DNA of 64,000 nucleotides from an uncultured Chloroflexia bacterium. Its GTDB lineage: Bacteria; Chloroflexota; Limnocylindria; Limnocylindrales; CSP1-4. Shown in pieces: positions 21,266 through 31,186 of this stretch. The notes below the pieces were generated by a model. It searched no databases. It was not told the origin of the DNA and saw nothing but the letters and a program-made list of their open reading frames with translations. The translations under genes and the position numbers were made by a program. The stretch lies in assembly GCA_963743815.1 (NCBI GenBank), contig CAVURB010000014.1, positions 261,719 through 325,718 on the forward strand, given 5' to 3'. Each line of letters opens with the position of its first letter. The stretch's first letter is position 1.

Positions 21266-22857
21266 ATGCGGGAAGCCATCCTCGTCGCCAGCGGCGACCT
21301 TCGCGAGACGGCGAATCGGCTCGGCTGGCCCGCCCAGGAGCGCCTCGAGGCGCACGTGCACGCGGCCTTCGCCCGTCACGGGGTCGCCATCCGGCGCGGA
21401 CACCCGGTGGACGGGTCACGCGGCCATGGCTTCATCTCCAGCCAGCGGATGGGGATGGACGTCTTCGCCGGGCTCGATCGCGATGCGCCCCTCGTCGTCG
21501 CCGAGGCCGTCTGGCAGTACAGCCACCACGTGCTGCCCGGCCTGCGTCGCCATCGTGGCCCGATCCTGACGGTCGCCAACTGGGACGGGACGTGGCCGGG
21601 GCTCGTGGGCATGCTCAACATCAACGCGTCGCTGACGAAGATGGGTCGCGCCTACAGCACGATCTGGGGCGAGGACCTGACGGATCCGTTCGCCGACGCG
21701 GCCATCCGCACCTGGATCGAGACGGGCGACATCGAACACGACACGAGCCACGTTCGCGACCTCGACCCCGCAGCGGTGCCGCCGGCGGCAGCGACTCTGG
21801 GACGCCGGCTCGCCGGGGAACTCGCTGACCGGATGGCGATCCTCGGGGTCTTCGATGAGGGCTGCATGGGGATGTACAACGCCATCATCGACGACGAGTA
21901 CCTCAACCCCATGGGCATCCACAAGGAGCGCTTGAGCCAATCGGCCCTGGTGGCGGAGATGCGGCTGGTCACCGGCGCGGAGGCTCGGGCAGCGTACGAC
22001 TGGCTGATCGGACGCGGGATGACATTCCGGTTCGGGAAGGACGGAACGACCGAGCTCACCGAGGACCAGGTCCTGGACCAGCTGCGCCTGTACATCGCCG
22101 CCGTCCGGATGGCGGACCGGTTCGGGTGCGATGCGATCGGGATCCAGTACCAGCAGGGCCTCAAGGACATGGCGCCGGCGTCCGACCTCGCCGAGGGGCT
22201 CCTCAACGATGCCGATCGCCCGCCGGTCCGCCACCTCGATGACGGTCAGGAGCTCTTCGCCGGGCGTCCGGTCGTGCATTTCAACGAGGTGGACGAGGGT
22301 TCGGCGGTGGACGCCCTCGTCACCAACCGCGTGTGGACCGCCCTGGGCCTCGATCCGGCGACGACGCTCCACGATGTCCGCTGGGGCGCGCCGCACGGCG
22401 ATGACTATGTCTGGGTCTTCGAGATCTCCGGGGCGGTGCCGCCCGCGCATCTGATCGGCGGGTACGCGGGGCGGTCAGCGAGCGACAGCCACCGGTGTAC
22501 TTCGGGTTGGGCGGGGGCACGATCAAGGGCATCAGTCGTCCCGGCGAGATCGTCTGGAGCCGCGTCTTCATCATGGATGGGGCACTCCACGCGGACCTCG
22601 GCCGCGGCACGGTCGTGGAGCTGCCCGCCGCCGAGACGGAGCGTCGGTGGCAGGCCACGACGCCGCAGTGGCCGATCATGCACGCCGTCCTCCACGGGGT
22701 GACTCGGGACCAGATGATGGCGCGACACCGGGCCAATCACATCCAGGTCGCGTACGGCGCGGATGCCGTCTCGGCGGATGCGGCGCTCGCCGCGAAGGCC
22801 GTGATGTTCGATGCCATGGGTATCGCCGTCCACCTCTGCGGGGACGTCGCCATCTAG
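21266..22857 (+). CDS. L-fucose/L-arabinose isomerase-family protein, one frame break near 22470
   Basis: About 530 aa when 21266.. is joined to 22495..22857. The match is by overall family resemblance (ILGVFDEGCMGMYNAIIDDEYLNPMGI, IGIQYQQGLKD, HFNEVDEGSAVDALV). The assignment is by recall only. Confidence 0.55.
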
Positions 22858-22894
22858 CGGCGGCGCGGAGGATCCGCGATCACGCCAGACGACG

Positions 22895-25672
22895 TCACGG
22901 CGCCGTCAGGTGCAGCTCCGCGCGGACCGTCGGGTCGCCCATCGTCTCGGTGATGGTGAAGCCGGCTGCCTTGGCCGTCCGCCGCATGCCGGCATTCGTG
23001 GGGAGCATCTCGGCCCAGATCCGCTCCACGCCCTCGTCGCGCCCGATCGCCACGAGCCGGTGGAGCAGCTCGGTCCCCAGGCCGTGACGCTGCCACGGAT
23101 CGCCGACGATCATCGAGAACTCGGCGCTGGGGCCGCGATGCCCCTTTGAGAGCCGGCCGACGGCCACGATCCGGCGGGAGCCGTCGGCGTCCGCGTGCTC
23201 GGCGACAAGGGCGATCTCCCGGTCGTAGTCGTTGAAGCAGACCCGGGTGAGTCGCTCGTGGGCGGTCCGTTCCGAGAGGCCCAGGAGCTCGAAGTAGCGC
23301 GAGTAGACCGTCGCCTCCGTCAGGTCGGCATGGAACCGGACCATGGCCGGCTCGTCCTCGGGCCGGATCGGCCGGATCAGGAACTCGGTCCCGTCGGACG
23401 CGGTCCACGGAGCGACGTACTTGCGGGGATACGGGCGGATGGCGAGGCGCGGCAGGTCCGCGCGCTCCACATCCGGGTCGTGCAGCACGATCCGCGCATC
23501 GAGGGCGATGAGCCGCTCCGGTGACGCCAGGAGCGGGTTGATGTCCACTTCCTTGATCCAGCGCTGCTCGACGACGAGCAGGCTGAAGCGAACGAGCAAC
23601 TGCTCGAGGGCATCGGTGTCGATGGGCCGGCGGCCACGGATCCCGCCGAACGCCCCGGCGATGGTCGTTCGTTCGATCATCCGGCGCGCCAGCGTCGTGT
23701 TGAGGGGCGGCAGTGCCAGGGCCCGGTCGCGGAACAGCTCCACGAGCTGCCCACCCATGCCGAAGAGCAGGACCGGTCCGACCTGCGGGTCGATCGACGA
23801 GCCGACGATCAGCTCGTACCCGGTGTAGTTGATCATCGGCTGGACGGTCACGCCTTCGAAGTGCTCCGCGCCGCGGGTCTCGGTGACGGCGACCTCGATG
23901 GACCGCCAGGCCTCGCGGACCGCGTCGTCGTCGACGAGATTGAGGGCGACGCCCCCCACGTCGGTCTTGTGCGTGATCGTGTGGCTGAACAGCTTGACGA
24001 CCACGGGATAGCCGATGGCCGACGCCGCGGCCACGGCCGCATCCGGTGTGGTGGCGACGCGCGTCTCGGTGATCGGGATGCCGTACCCGGCGAGGACCGC
24101 CTTCGACTCGACCTCGGTCAGCAGGGTCCGGCCCTCCGCGCGCGCCGCGTCGATGAGGGCGGTCACGCGGGCACGATCGATCGCGCCCTCTCCGTCGTCG
24201 GGGAGGCTGGGCGTCTCGTACAGCGCGTGGAGGTCCTCGGCGGAACGCCACAGGTAGTTGAACATCTCGACGGCCGTGTCCGGGTAGCGAAACGTCGGGA
24301 TGCCCGCCCGGCTCAGGACCAGCGAACCCTCCTCCACGTCCTGGCCGCCCATCCACGAAGCGAGCACGGGCTTGCCGGCGATGTGGGCGAACGGGACCAG
24401 GGCATGCGCGGTCTGCGTCGGATCGGTCATGGCCTGCGGCGTGAGGATCACCAGCATCCCGTCCGCAGCGGGGTCGGCGGCGGCGATCTCGAGCGCCTTC
24501 GCGTACCGCTCGGGTGGGGCGTCGCCGATGATGTCGACCGGGTTGTTGTGGCTCCAGGTGGGCGGCAGCACCTCGTCGTAGGCAGCCATGACGCCCTCGG
24601 AGAGCTCCGTCAGGCGTCCGCCACCCCCGACGAGCGCGTCCGTGGCGAGCACGGCCGGTCCGCCGGCGTTCGTGACGATGGTCAGCGCCGGCCCGCGCGG
24701 ACGTGGCTGCTTGTCGAGCACCTCGGCCATCCCGAAGAGGTCCGAGATGCGGTCTACCCGCAGCACGCCGACGCGGCGGAACGCGGCGTCGAGGACTTCG
24801 TCGGACCCGGTCAGCGAGCCCGTGTGCGAGGCCGCGGCCTTCGCCGCCTGCGCGGTCCGACCGGGCTTGATGACGATGATCGGCTTGGTGAGCGCCACCT
24901 CGCGAGCCGCCGAAAGGAAGGCCCGGGCGTCACCGATGGTCTCCATGTAGATGAGGATGCTCTTGGTGCTCGGGTCGTCGCCGAGGAACGTGATGACGTC
25001 GCCCCAGCCCACGTCGAGCATCGACCCGAGCGAGACGATGGAGCTGAACCCGACGCCCTCGTGCGCGCTCCAATCGAGGACCGCGGTCAGGAGGGCCCCG
25101 CTCTGGCTGATGAACCCGACCGAGCCCACGGGTGCCATGCCGGCCGCGAAGGTCGCATTCAGGCCGGCGACGGGGTTCATCACGCCCAGGCAGTTGGGCC
25201 CGACGACACGGATGCCGGCGGCACGGGCCTCCTCCAGGACCTGCCGCTCCAGTTCCGCTCCGGCCGGGCCCACCTCGCGGAAGCCGGCCGAGATGATGAT
25301 CACGCCGCGGACACCCTTGGCGGCGCATTCCGCGACGAGGCCGGGGGCGCTGGCCGCGGGAGTGACGATGACCGCGAGGTCAACCGCGTCCGGGATCGCG
25401 GCGAGACTCGGGTAGGCCTTGATCCCCAGCACGCTCGCGCGGTTCGGGTTGACGGGGAAGACCGGCCCACCGAACGGACTGCTGATGAGGTTCCACAGGA
25501 CGTCGCGACCCACGCTCCCCGACTTCTCCGTGGCACCGATCACCGCGACCGATCGCGGACGGAAGATCGATTCCAGCGGCTGACGTCGCACGCGTAGGAC
25601 GTCGGTCGCATTGTCCGAAACGTGGGCGGTCGCAGGCCCCGGTGCGGTCGCGTGGTCGGTGGTGGCAGTCAT
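22895..25672 (-). CDS. pat: Pat-type bifunctional protein: ADP-forming acyl-CoA synthetase-like domains plus a C-terminal GNAT acetyltransferase
   Basis: Intact 926 aa from the ATG at 25672. It has a CoA-binding region ([21 protein letters not shown]), a ligase-CoA region (GPNCLGV..SQSGAL), an ATP-grasp region ([17 protein letters not shown]) and a GNAT domain ([24 protein letters not shown]). Confidence 0.9.
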   Translation of the reverse strand: MTATTDHATAPGPATAHVSDNATDVLRVRRQPLESIFRPRSVAVIGATEKSGSVGRDVLWNLISSPFGGPVFPVNPNRASVLGIKAYPSLAAIPDAVDLAVIVTPAASAPGLVAECAAKGVRGVIIISAGFREVGPAGAELERQVLEEARAAGIRVVGPNCLGVMNPVAGLNATFAAGMAPVGSVGFISQSGALLTAVLDWSAHEGVGFSSIVSLGSMLDVGWGDVITFLGDDPSTKSILIYMETIGDARAFLSAAREVALTKPIIVIKPGRTAQAAKAAASHTGSLTGSDEVLDAAFRRVGVLRVDRISDLFGMAEVLDKQPRPRGPALTIVTNAGGPAVLATDALVGGGGRLTELSEGVMAAYDEVLPPTWSHNNPVDIIGDAPPERYAKALEIAAADPAADGMLVILTPQAMTDPTQTAHALVPFAHIAGKPVLASWMGGQDVEEGSLVLSRAGIPTFRYPDTAVEMFNYLWRSAEDLHALYETPSLPDDGEGAIDRARVTALIDAARAEGRTLLTEVESKAVLAGYGIPITETRVATTPDAAVAAASAIGYPVVVKLFSHTITHKTDVGGVALNLVDDDAVREAWRSIEVAVTETRGAEHFEGVTVQPMINYTGYELIVGSSIDPQVGPVLLFGMGGQLVELFRDRALALPPLNTTLARRMIERTTIAGAFGGIRGRRPIDTDALEQLLVRFSLLVVEQRWIKEVDINPLLASPERLIALDARIVLHDPDVERADLPRLAIRPYPRKYVAPWTASDGTEFLIRPIRPEDEPAMVRFHADLTEATVYSRYFELLGLSERTAHERLTRVCFNDYDREIALVAEHADADGSRRIVAVGRLSKGHRGPSAEFSMIVGDPWQRHGLGTELLHRLVAIGRDEGVERIWAEMLPTNAGMRRTAKAAGFTITETMGDPTVRAELHLTAP

Positions 25673-25678
25673 GGCGGT

Positions 25679-25703
25679 CCCTCGAATGTCGTCGAGTCGA
25701 GGG
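25679..25703 (-). terminator. hairpin CCCTCGA-11nt-TCGAGGG downstream of potC
   Basis: 7-bp perfect stem in the 80-nt gap between the potC stop (25753) and the pat start (25672). Confidence 0.4.
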
Positions 25704-25752
25704 TACGCCTGGCGCGGTGGATGCGCCTGGCCGGACCGACCCCCTCGGCGTA

Positions 25753-26550
25753 TCAGGCCGTGGTACGTTCCTCGTCCGATCGCAGGGCACCGATCCGCCA
25801 CGCCGACAGGACCGCGATCGCCGAGATGGCCACGATGATCGTCGAGATCGCATTGATCTCGGGCGTGACGCCGAACTTGACCTTGCCGTAGATGTACAAC
25901 GGCAGCGTGGATGACCCGACACCTGCGTTGAACGTGGAGACCACGTAGTCGTCGAACGACAGGACGAACGCCAGCAGCGCGCCACTCACGATCGCGGGCA
26001 TGATGATGGGCAGGGTCACGTACCGGAACGCCCCGATGGCCGTGGCGCCAAGATCGCGGGCGGCCTCCTCCAAGCGTGGATCCATACTCGCTGCCCTCGC
26101 TCGGACCACGATCGCGACATAGCTCACGCAGAAGGTCACGTGAGCCAGTGCCAACTGGTTGAACGAGCCCCGGGCATCGAACAACTGGTAGAAGAAGATC
26201 AGCAGGCTCAGGCCCATCACGATCTCGGGCGTGATCATCGGGACGAGCAGGAGCGTCTCGGTGGCTGTCCGGCCTCGGAAGCGGCGCCGCGCGAGGGCCA
26301 GGCCGAGCAGGGTCCCCAGCACCGTCGAGATGACGACGGCGACCGCCGCGACGCGGAGCGTCACGAACAGGGCATCGAGCAGGTCGTCGTTCGCGAGGAC
26401 CGTCGGATACCAGTCGAGGGTGAAGCCTCGCCAGACGAAGTTGCGTCGCGAGTCGTTGAACGAGAAGACGATCAGGACGACGATCGGCGCGAACAGGAAG
26501 ACGAAGCCGGCGATGGTATAGGCGGTGAGCCATCGATTGCGCCCGGTCAC
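25753..26550 (-). CDS. potC: ABC transporter permease (spermidine/putrescine PotC-like)
   Basis: Intact 265 aa with six hydrophobic segments and the EAA-type loop [22 protein letters not shown]. Confidence 0.85.
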   Translation of the reverse strand: MTGRNRWLTAYTIAGFVFLFAPIVVLIVFSFNDSRRNFVWRGFTLDWYPTVLANDDLLDALFVTLRVAAVAVVISTVLGTLLGLALARRRFRGRTATETLLLVPMITPEIVMGLSLLIFFYQLFDARGSFNQLALAHVTFCVSYVAIVVRARAASMDPRLEEAARDLGATAIGAFRYVTLPIIMPAIVSGALLAFVLSFDDYVVSTFNAGVGSSTLPLYIYGKVKFGVTPEINAISTIIVAISAIAVLSAWRIGALRSDEERTTA

Positions 26551-27479
26551 GTGCCCACGACCTCGCTGCGCAGCGGGCGGATCGCGATGAGCGTCCCGAC
26601 GAGGGTGATGAGCATCAGCACGAAGCTCAGCGCCGCGCCGTACGGCCAGTCACGCCCCTCGAGGAAGACCTCCTGGACGACCTTGGCGATCGTGGTCGTC
26701 TCCGCGCCGCCGAGCAGGTCCGGCGTCACGAAGTCGCCGATGGCGGGGATGAACGTCAGGATCGTGGCGGCCACGATCCCTGGCATCGTGAGGGGCAGGG
26801 TCACCCGCAGGAAGGCCGCCCGTCCGTTCGCGTACAGGTCGCGCGCGGCGGCGACGAGCGCCGGGTCCAGACGATCGATGGACACGTACAGCGGCAGGAT
26901 CGCAAACGGGAGGAACCCGTAGGTCATGCCGAGGATCACCGAGAAGTCGGTGTTGAGCAGGATGATCGGCTCGCTCGTGAGGCCGACGGCCTGGAGGACG
27001 GAGTTCGCGACGCCGTTGTCGCGCAGGATGATCATCCAGGCGTAGGTTCGGATGAGGTAGCTGGTCCAGAACGGCAGCATCACAAGGATCAGCAGGAGCG
27101 CCTTGTGGCGGCCGCCGTACCGGCTGATCCAGTACGCGATCGGGTAGCCGATGGCGAGGGACAGGATCGTCGTGGCCGCCGCGTACCGGATCGAGTTGAG
27201 GAACGTGGGGAGGAACGCGGGATCGAGCGCCCGGACGTAGTTGTCGAGGCTGATGCGGTCGAAGACGATCTGGTCGAGCTCGTCGGTGGACCCGAGGCTC
27301 ACGAGGAAGATCATCGCCAGAGGGACGACGAAGAACAGGACGAGCCAGACGACCCCGGGCAGCACCAGGGCGGCCGAGGTCAGGCGTTCGCCCATCGGGA
27401 CCTGCCCGACCGTGGAACCGGGCGCGACGACCGCGGACGCGTCCGGTGGTGGCGCGGTGGCTGGGACCTCAGCCGCCAC
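26547..27479 (-). CDS. potB: ABC transporter permease (PotB-like)
   Basis: EAA loop [22 protein letters not shown]. Start at the GTG at 27479 (overlapping the potD stop) or the ATG at 27395. The Arg/Ser-rich residues further upstream look like read-through. Confidence 0.8.
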   Translation of the reverse strand: MAAEVPATAPPPDASAVVAPGSTVGQVPMGERLTSAALVLPGVVWLVLFFVVPLAMIFLVSLGSTDELDQIVFDRISLDNYVRALDPAFLPTFLNSIRYAAATTILSLAIGYPIAYWISRYGGRHKALLLILVMLPFWTSYLIRTYAWMIILRDNGVANSVLQAVGLTSEPIILLNTDFSVILGMTYGFLPFAILPLYVSIDRLDPALVAAARDLYANGRAAFLRVTLPLTMPGIVAATILTFIPAIGDFVTPDLLGGAETTTIAKVVQEVFLEGRDWPYGAALSFVLMLITLVGTLIAIRPLRSEVVGT

Positions 27480-28695
27480 GCAGGATCTGCCAGCGCGACA
27501 GGTACTCGTCGCGGACGTCCTGGCCGAGATCGAGGAGCTCCTCGAGCTTGTCGATGATCGCCTGGTCCGGGTTCGTGTTGGGGTCCTCCAGGATGGCCGG
27601 GTCGATGAACTCCTTCGCCGCGGCGTTGGGACCCATGTAGTAGACGTAGTTCGTGTTCGCGGCACTCACCTGCGCGTCAAGCATGTGGTTGATGAACAGG
27701 TGGGCCGCGATCGGATGCTTGGCTCCGGAGAAGATCGCCATCGTGTCCGACCCGCGGATGGCGCCCTCCTCGGGCAGGTAGAAGACGACGTTCTCGTTCT
27801 CCTGCTGGATCGCGAACGTGTCCGCGCCCCAGACCTGGCCGATCCAGACATCGCCCGAACTCATCGTCCCGATCGTATCGGTGCTATAGACCCGGACCAG
27901 CGGCTTCTGCTGCTGGAGCAGCGCGAGCGCCTCGTCCATCTCGGCCGTGTTGGTGGTGTTCGCCGAGTATCCGAGCTGGATCAGCGCCATCCCGAAGGCT
28001 TCCTGCCAGTCATCGAGCATCGAGAGGTGCCCGTCGAACCGCGGATCCCAGAGCGCCTTGCTGCTCGTGAGGGTGTCGGTGATCTTCGCGGTGTCGTAGG
28101 CGACGCCGGTGGTCCACCACATATACGGGACGCTGTTCGCATTCCCCGGGTCGTAGCCCGGGTCCGCCCACTCGGCGCCCAGGTTGACGATGTTGGGGAT
28201 CAGCGACTTGTCCAGCGGGAGCAGCGCTCCCTTGGCGAGAAATGCCGGGATGTCCACCGAGATCGGGAAGGACAGGTCGTACCCGCCTCCGTCGTTGCCC
28301 AGCTTCGCGTAGGCCTCGTCGGTGTTGGAGAAGAAGTCGTAGGTGACCTTGACGCCGTACTTCTCCTCGAACGAGGGGATGGTTTCCTCGCCGATGTAGT
28401 CGGTCCAGTTGTAGACGAACAACTCCGCCTCGGGCTCCGGGACGGGCGTGGGGGCCGCGGACGGCTCCGTGCCGCTGGACGCTGGCGGCGCCGTCGCGCC
28501 GACCGAGGCGGCGGCAGACGGGGCGCTCGACGCGCCGCCGCCCGTGCAGGCCGCGATGACCGGAGCAAGGGCGGCGGCCGCCCCGAACTTCGAGATGCGT
28601 TCCAGCAGGTCGCGGCGGGAGATCCGCTGCTCCACCATGTACCGCACCAGCGCGCGTTCCAGGTCGATCGACGACCCGTCGTGGCGTTCCGTCAT
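27469..28695 (-). CDS. potD: polyamine-type ABC substrate-binding lipoprotein (PotD/PotF family), Tat-like signal
   Basis: Intact 408 aa. ISRRDLLERISKFGAAAALAPVIAACTGG combines a twin-arginine motif with a lipobox. The mature part matches the PotD family (FVYNWTDYIGEE..FEEKYGVKV). Confidence 0.8.
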   Translation of the reverse strand: MTERHDGSSIDLERALVRYMVEQRISRRDLLERISKFGAAAALAPVIAACTGGGASSAPSAAASVGATAPPASSGTEPSAAPTPVPEPEAELFVYNWTDYIGEETIPSFEEKYGVKVTYDFFSNTDEAYAKLGNDGGGYDLSFPISVDIPAFLAKGALLPLDKSLIPNIVNLGAEWADPGYDPGNANSVPYMWWTTGVAYDTAKITDTLTSSKALWDPRFDGHLSMLDDWQEAFGMALIQLGYSANTTNTAEMDEALALLQQQKPLVRVYSTDTIGTMSSGDVWIGQVWGADTFAIQQENENVVFYLPEEGAIRGSDTMAIFSGAKHPIAAHLFINHMLDAQVSAANTNYVYYMGPNAAAKEFIDPAILEDPNTNPDQAIIDKLEELLDLGQDVRDEYLSRWQILRGG

Positions 28696-29792
28696 GTCAT
28701 CTCCTCCTCGACGACCGTGCCACTACGCCCAAGGACCAACGCCTCGGTCGCGGGCCATGTCACGGCGACTTCGCTGCCGGCCGGGATACGGATCCCGGAT
28801 TTGGGTGCAAGGACCGAGAGGGCGAGACCGCCCCCTGTCCGAATCTGGTACGTGACGTTCGTTCCGAGATAGGCGGCCTGCTCGACCGTGCCCCGGATGG
28901 CGCCGATGGCGTCGGCGGGGACGAGCATGATCGATTCCGGCCGGATGCTGAGCTCCACCGTGGTGCCCGCAGCGATTCCGTCATGGCCCACAGGGGCTCG
29001 CTCACCACTCGTCAACCTGACCGTGCCGTCGGGCTCCACGACGCCGCTGAGCAGGTTCGTGGTTCCGATGAAGTCTGCGACGAAGCGTGTTGCCGGCCGC
29101 TCATACAGTTCCTCCGGCGTGCCCAGCTGCTCCACCCGTCCCGCGTGCATGACCGCGATCCGGTCGCTCATCGTGAGCGCCTCCTCCTGGTCATGGGTGA
29201 CGTACACGAAGGTGATTCCCACCTCGACCTGGATGCGCTTGAGCTCGAGCTGCAGGCTGCGCCGCAACTTCAGGTCGAGGGCGCCCAGCGGCTCGTCGAG
29301 CAGCAGGACGTTGGGGCGGTTCACGAGCGCCCGCGCGAGGGCGATCCGCTGCTGCTGGCCGCCGGACAGCTGGTTCGGCTTACGCCGTTCGTAGCCCTGC
29401 AGGTGGACGAGCTCCAGGGCCTCACCCACGCGTCGAGCGATCTCCTGCTTCTCGACCTTGCGTCGTCGCAGGCCGAACGCGATGTTGTCGCCGACGTCGA
29501 GGTGCGGGAACAGCGCGTAGTGCTGGAAGACCATGTTCACGGGGCGCTTGTCCGGCGGATCCATGGTCACGTCGCGGTCGCGCAACAGGATGCGTCCGCC
29601 CGTCGGGAGCTCGAACCCGCCGATCATCCGGAGCGTCGTCGTCTTGCCGCAGCCCGACGGACCCAGGAGCGAGAAGAACTCCCCCGTGCCGACCTCGAGC
29701 GATACGCCATCGACCGCCCGGACACCGCCGAAGCGCTTCTCCAGGTCGATCAGGCGGATCTCGGGCGGTGCCGCGTCACGGGAGTCCGTCAT
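28692..29792 (-). CDS. potA: ABC transporter ATP-binding protein (PotA-like)
   Basis: Start at the ATG at 29792 (MTDSRD). Walker A GPSGCGKTT, signature LSGGQQQR and Walker B LLLDEP are present, plus a C-terminal TOBE-like domain. Confidence 0.9.
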   Translation of the reverse strand: MTDSRDAAPPEIRLIDLEKRFGGVRAVDGVSLEVGTGEFFSLLGPSGCGKTTTLRMIGGFELPTGGRILLRDRDVTMDPPDKRPVNMVFQHYALFPHLDVGDNIAFGLRRRKVEKQEIARRVGEALELVHLQGYERRKPNQLSGGQQQRIALARALVNRPNVLLLDEPLGALDLKLRRSLQLELKRIQVEVGITFVYVTHDQEEALTMSDRIAVMHAGRVEQLGTPEELYERPATRFVADFIGTTNLLSGVVEPDGTVRLTSGERAPVGHDGIAAGTTVELSIRPESIMLVPADAIGAIRGTVEQAAYLGTNVTYQIRTGGGLALSVLAPKSGIRIPAGSEVAVTWPATEALVLGRSGTVVEEEMT

Positions 29793-29911
29793 TGGGAGCC
29801 GGAGCCTACGTTCGCCCAGCGGGACGCAGGGCATCGCGTCCCGTTCTCCGCAACGGTGTCGCGAGGCGCCACGCTCTGCCAGACTTGGGCCGTCCCACGC
29901 TGGAGGTCACG

Positions 29912-30232
29912 ATGAGCAAGCTCATGGTCGCGTTCGTCCACCACGATGACGCCGATCCCGTCGCCGATGCCCTCAGGGCCGCCGGCCACCGATTCACCCA
30001 CCTGCTCTCGGTGGGCGGGTTCCTGGGCACCGACAACGCGACGTTCGTGTTCGGGGTGGAGGATACGGCCGAGGCCGAGATCGTCGAGATCTTCGAGGAC
30101 GTCTGCCACTCCCGCGACGTCGAGGTCCCGCTCGTGCTGACGGAGCGCCTGGCCGACTGGCAGGCCCGGACGGTCGCGCATGGCGGCGCCACCATCCTGG
30201 TCGCGGACCTGGACCGGATCATCCGGATCTGA
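29912..30232 (+). CDS. darA: PII-like cyclic-di-AMP receptor (DarA/PstA, DUF970 family)
   Basis: 106 aa; GGAGGT lies 7 nt upstream of the ATG. By recall it aligns with B. subtilis DarA: KLMVAFVHHDDADPVADALRAAGHRFTHLLSVGGFLGTDNATFVFGVED versus [49 protein letters not shown], and the C-terminal GGATILV versus GGATVFV. Confidence 0.75.
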   Translation: MSKLMVAFVHHDDADPVADALRAAGHRFTHLLSVGGFLGTDNATFVFGVEDTAEAEIVEIFEDVCHSRDVEVPLVLTERLADWQARTVAHGGATILVADLDRIIRI

Positions 30233-30236
30233 CCGA

Positions 30237-31136
30237 TCAGCGGGTCCGCTTCGCGATCCGCGCGAGCGCCCCCGCCCAATCCGGGTCGTACGGCGTCCCG
30301 CGGACGTCCAGGTCGATCGTGGACGGGGCGTGGTCCGACGGCACCGGCGGGCCCTTCCGGGCGTCGCGGTCGATCTCCGCGTCAATGAGCCGGGCCGCGA
30401 CGTCCGCGCCGACGAGCATGAGGTCGATCCGCATCCCGAAGTTCTTGTGGAACATCCCGGCTCGGTAGTCCCACCAGGTGTAGCGGCCCGTCTCCTCGTG
30501 GCGCGCGCGGTAGGCATCGATGAGCCCGCGGTCCTGGAGTGCACGGATGGCGGCACGCTCCGGCTCCGAGACATGGGTACCGCCATGGGCCGCGCGCGGG
30601 TCCCACACGTCGATGTCAGTGGGTGCGACGTTGTAGTCGCCCGCGACCACGAGGGAACCGCCTCGGCCGGCGGCGATCTCGTCGTCCAGCCATGTACCCA
30701 GCCGCTCGAACCAGGCGAGCTTGCCCGCGTAGAACGGTGACCCGACGACGCGGCCATTGGGTGCATAGATGCTCACGACGCGCAGGCCGTCCACGGTCGC
30801 GGCGACCATCCGCGCCTCGTCGAACGGGTCGAAGTCGTCTTCGCTGCCGTCCGTCCCGCCCGGGCCGGAATCGCGGACCGACCCATCGCCGAAGTTGGTC
30901 ACGACGCCATCGACAGCGAGTCCGTTACGGGCGGCGATGGCCACGCCGTTCCAGCGGCCCTCGCCGTGATGGACGAGCTGGTACCCGGCCATCGCGAAGG
31001 CCATGACCGGCGCGTCGTTGTCGCCGAGCTTGGTCTCCTGCACGAGCAGGATGTCGGGCCGCGCGCGCTCCAGCCACTTCTCGACCGCCTCCTGGCGGGC
31101 CTTGAGCGAGTTGACGTTCCAGGTGGCGATCCGCAT
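30237..31136 (-). CDS. xthA: exodeoxyribonuclease III (AP endonuclease)
   Basis: Intact 299 aa: MRIATWNVNSLKAR..LLVQETK..WNGVAI..GDYNVAP..WDYR..GMRIDL..SDHAP. Confidence 0.9.
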   Translation of the reverse strand: MRIATWNVNSLKARQEAVEKWLERARPDILLVQETKLGDNDAPVMAFAMAGYQLVHHGEGRWNGVAIAARNGLAVDGVVTNFGDGSVRDSGPGGTDGSEDDFDPFDEARMVAATVDGLRVVSIYAPNGRVVGSPFYAGKLAWFERLGTWLDDEIAAGRGGSLVVAGDYNVAPTDIDVWDPRAAHGGTHVSEPERAAIRALQDRGLIDAYRARHEETGRYTWWDYRAGMFHKNFGMRIDLMLVGADVAARLIDAEIDRDARKGPPVPSDHAPSTIDLDVRGTPYDPDWAGALARIAKRTR

Positions 31137-31186
31137 GCCCTTGAGGGTACCCGGTCACGCTCCTCCCGACCGACTACGATGCCCGG

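Noticed and set aside
22854-25597. Long ORFs 22854..24356 (-, other frame) and 23861..25597 (+)
   Set aside because: They overlap the intact 926-aa Pat gene in alternative or antisense frames, have extreme Arg/Pro/Gly composition and show no domain signatures.
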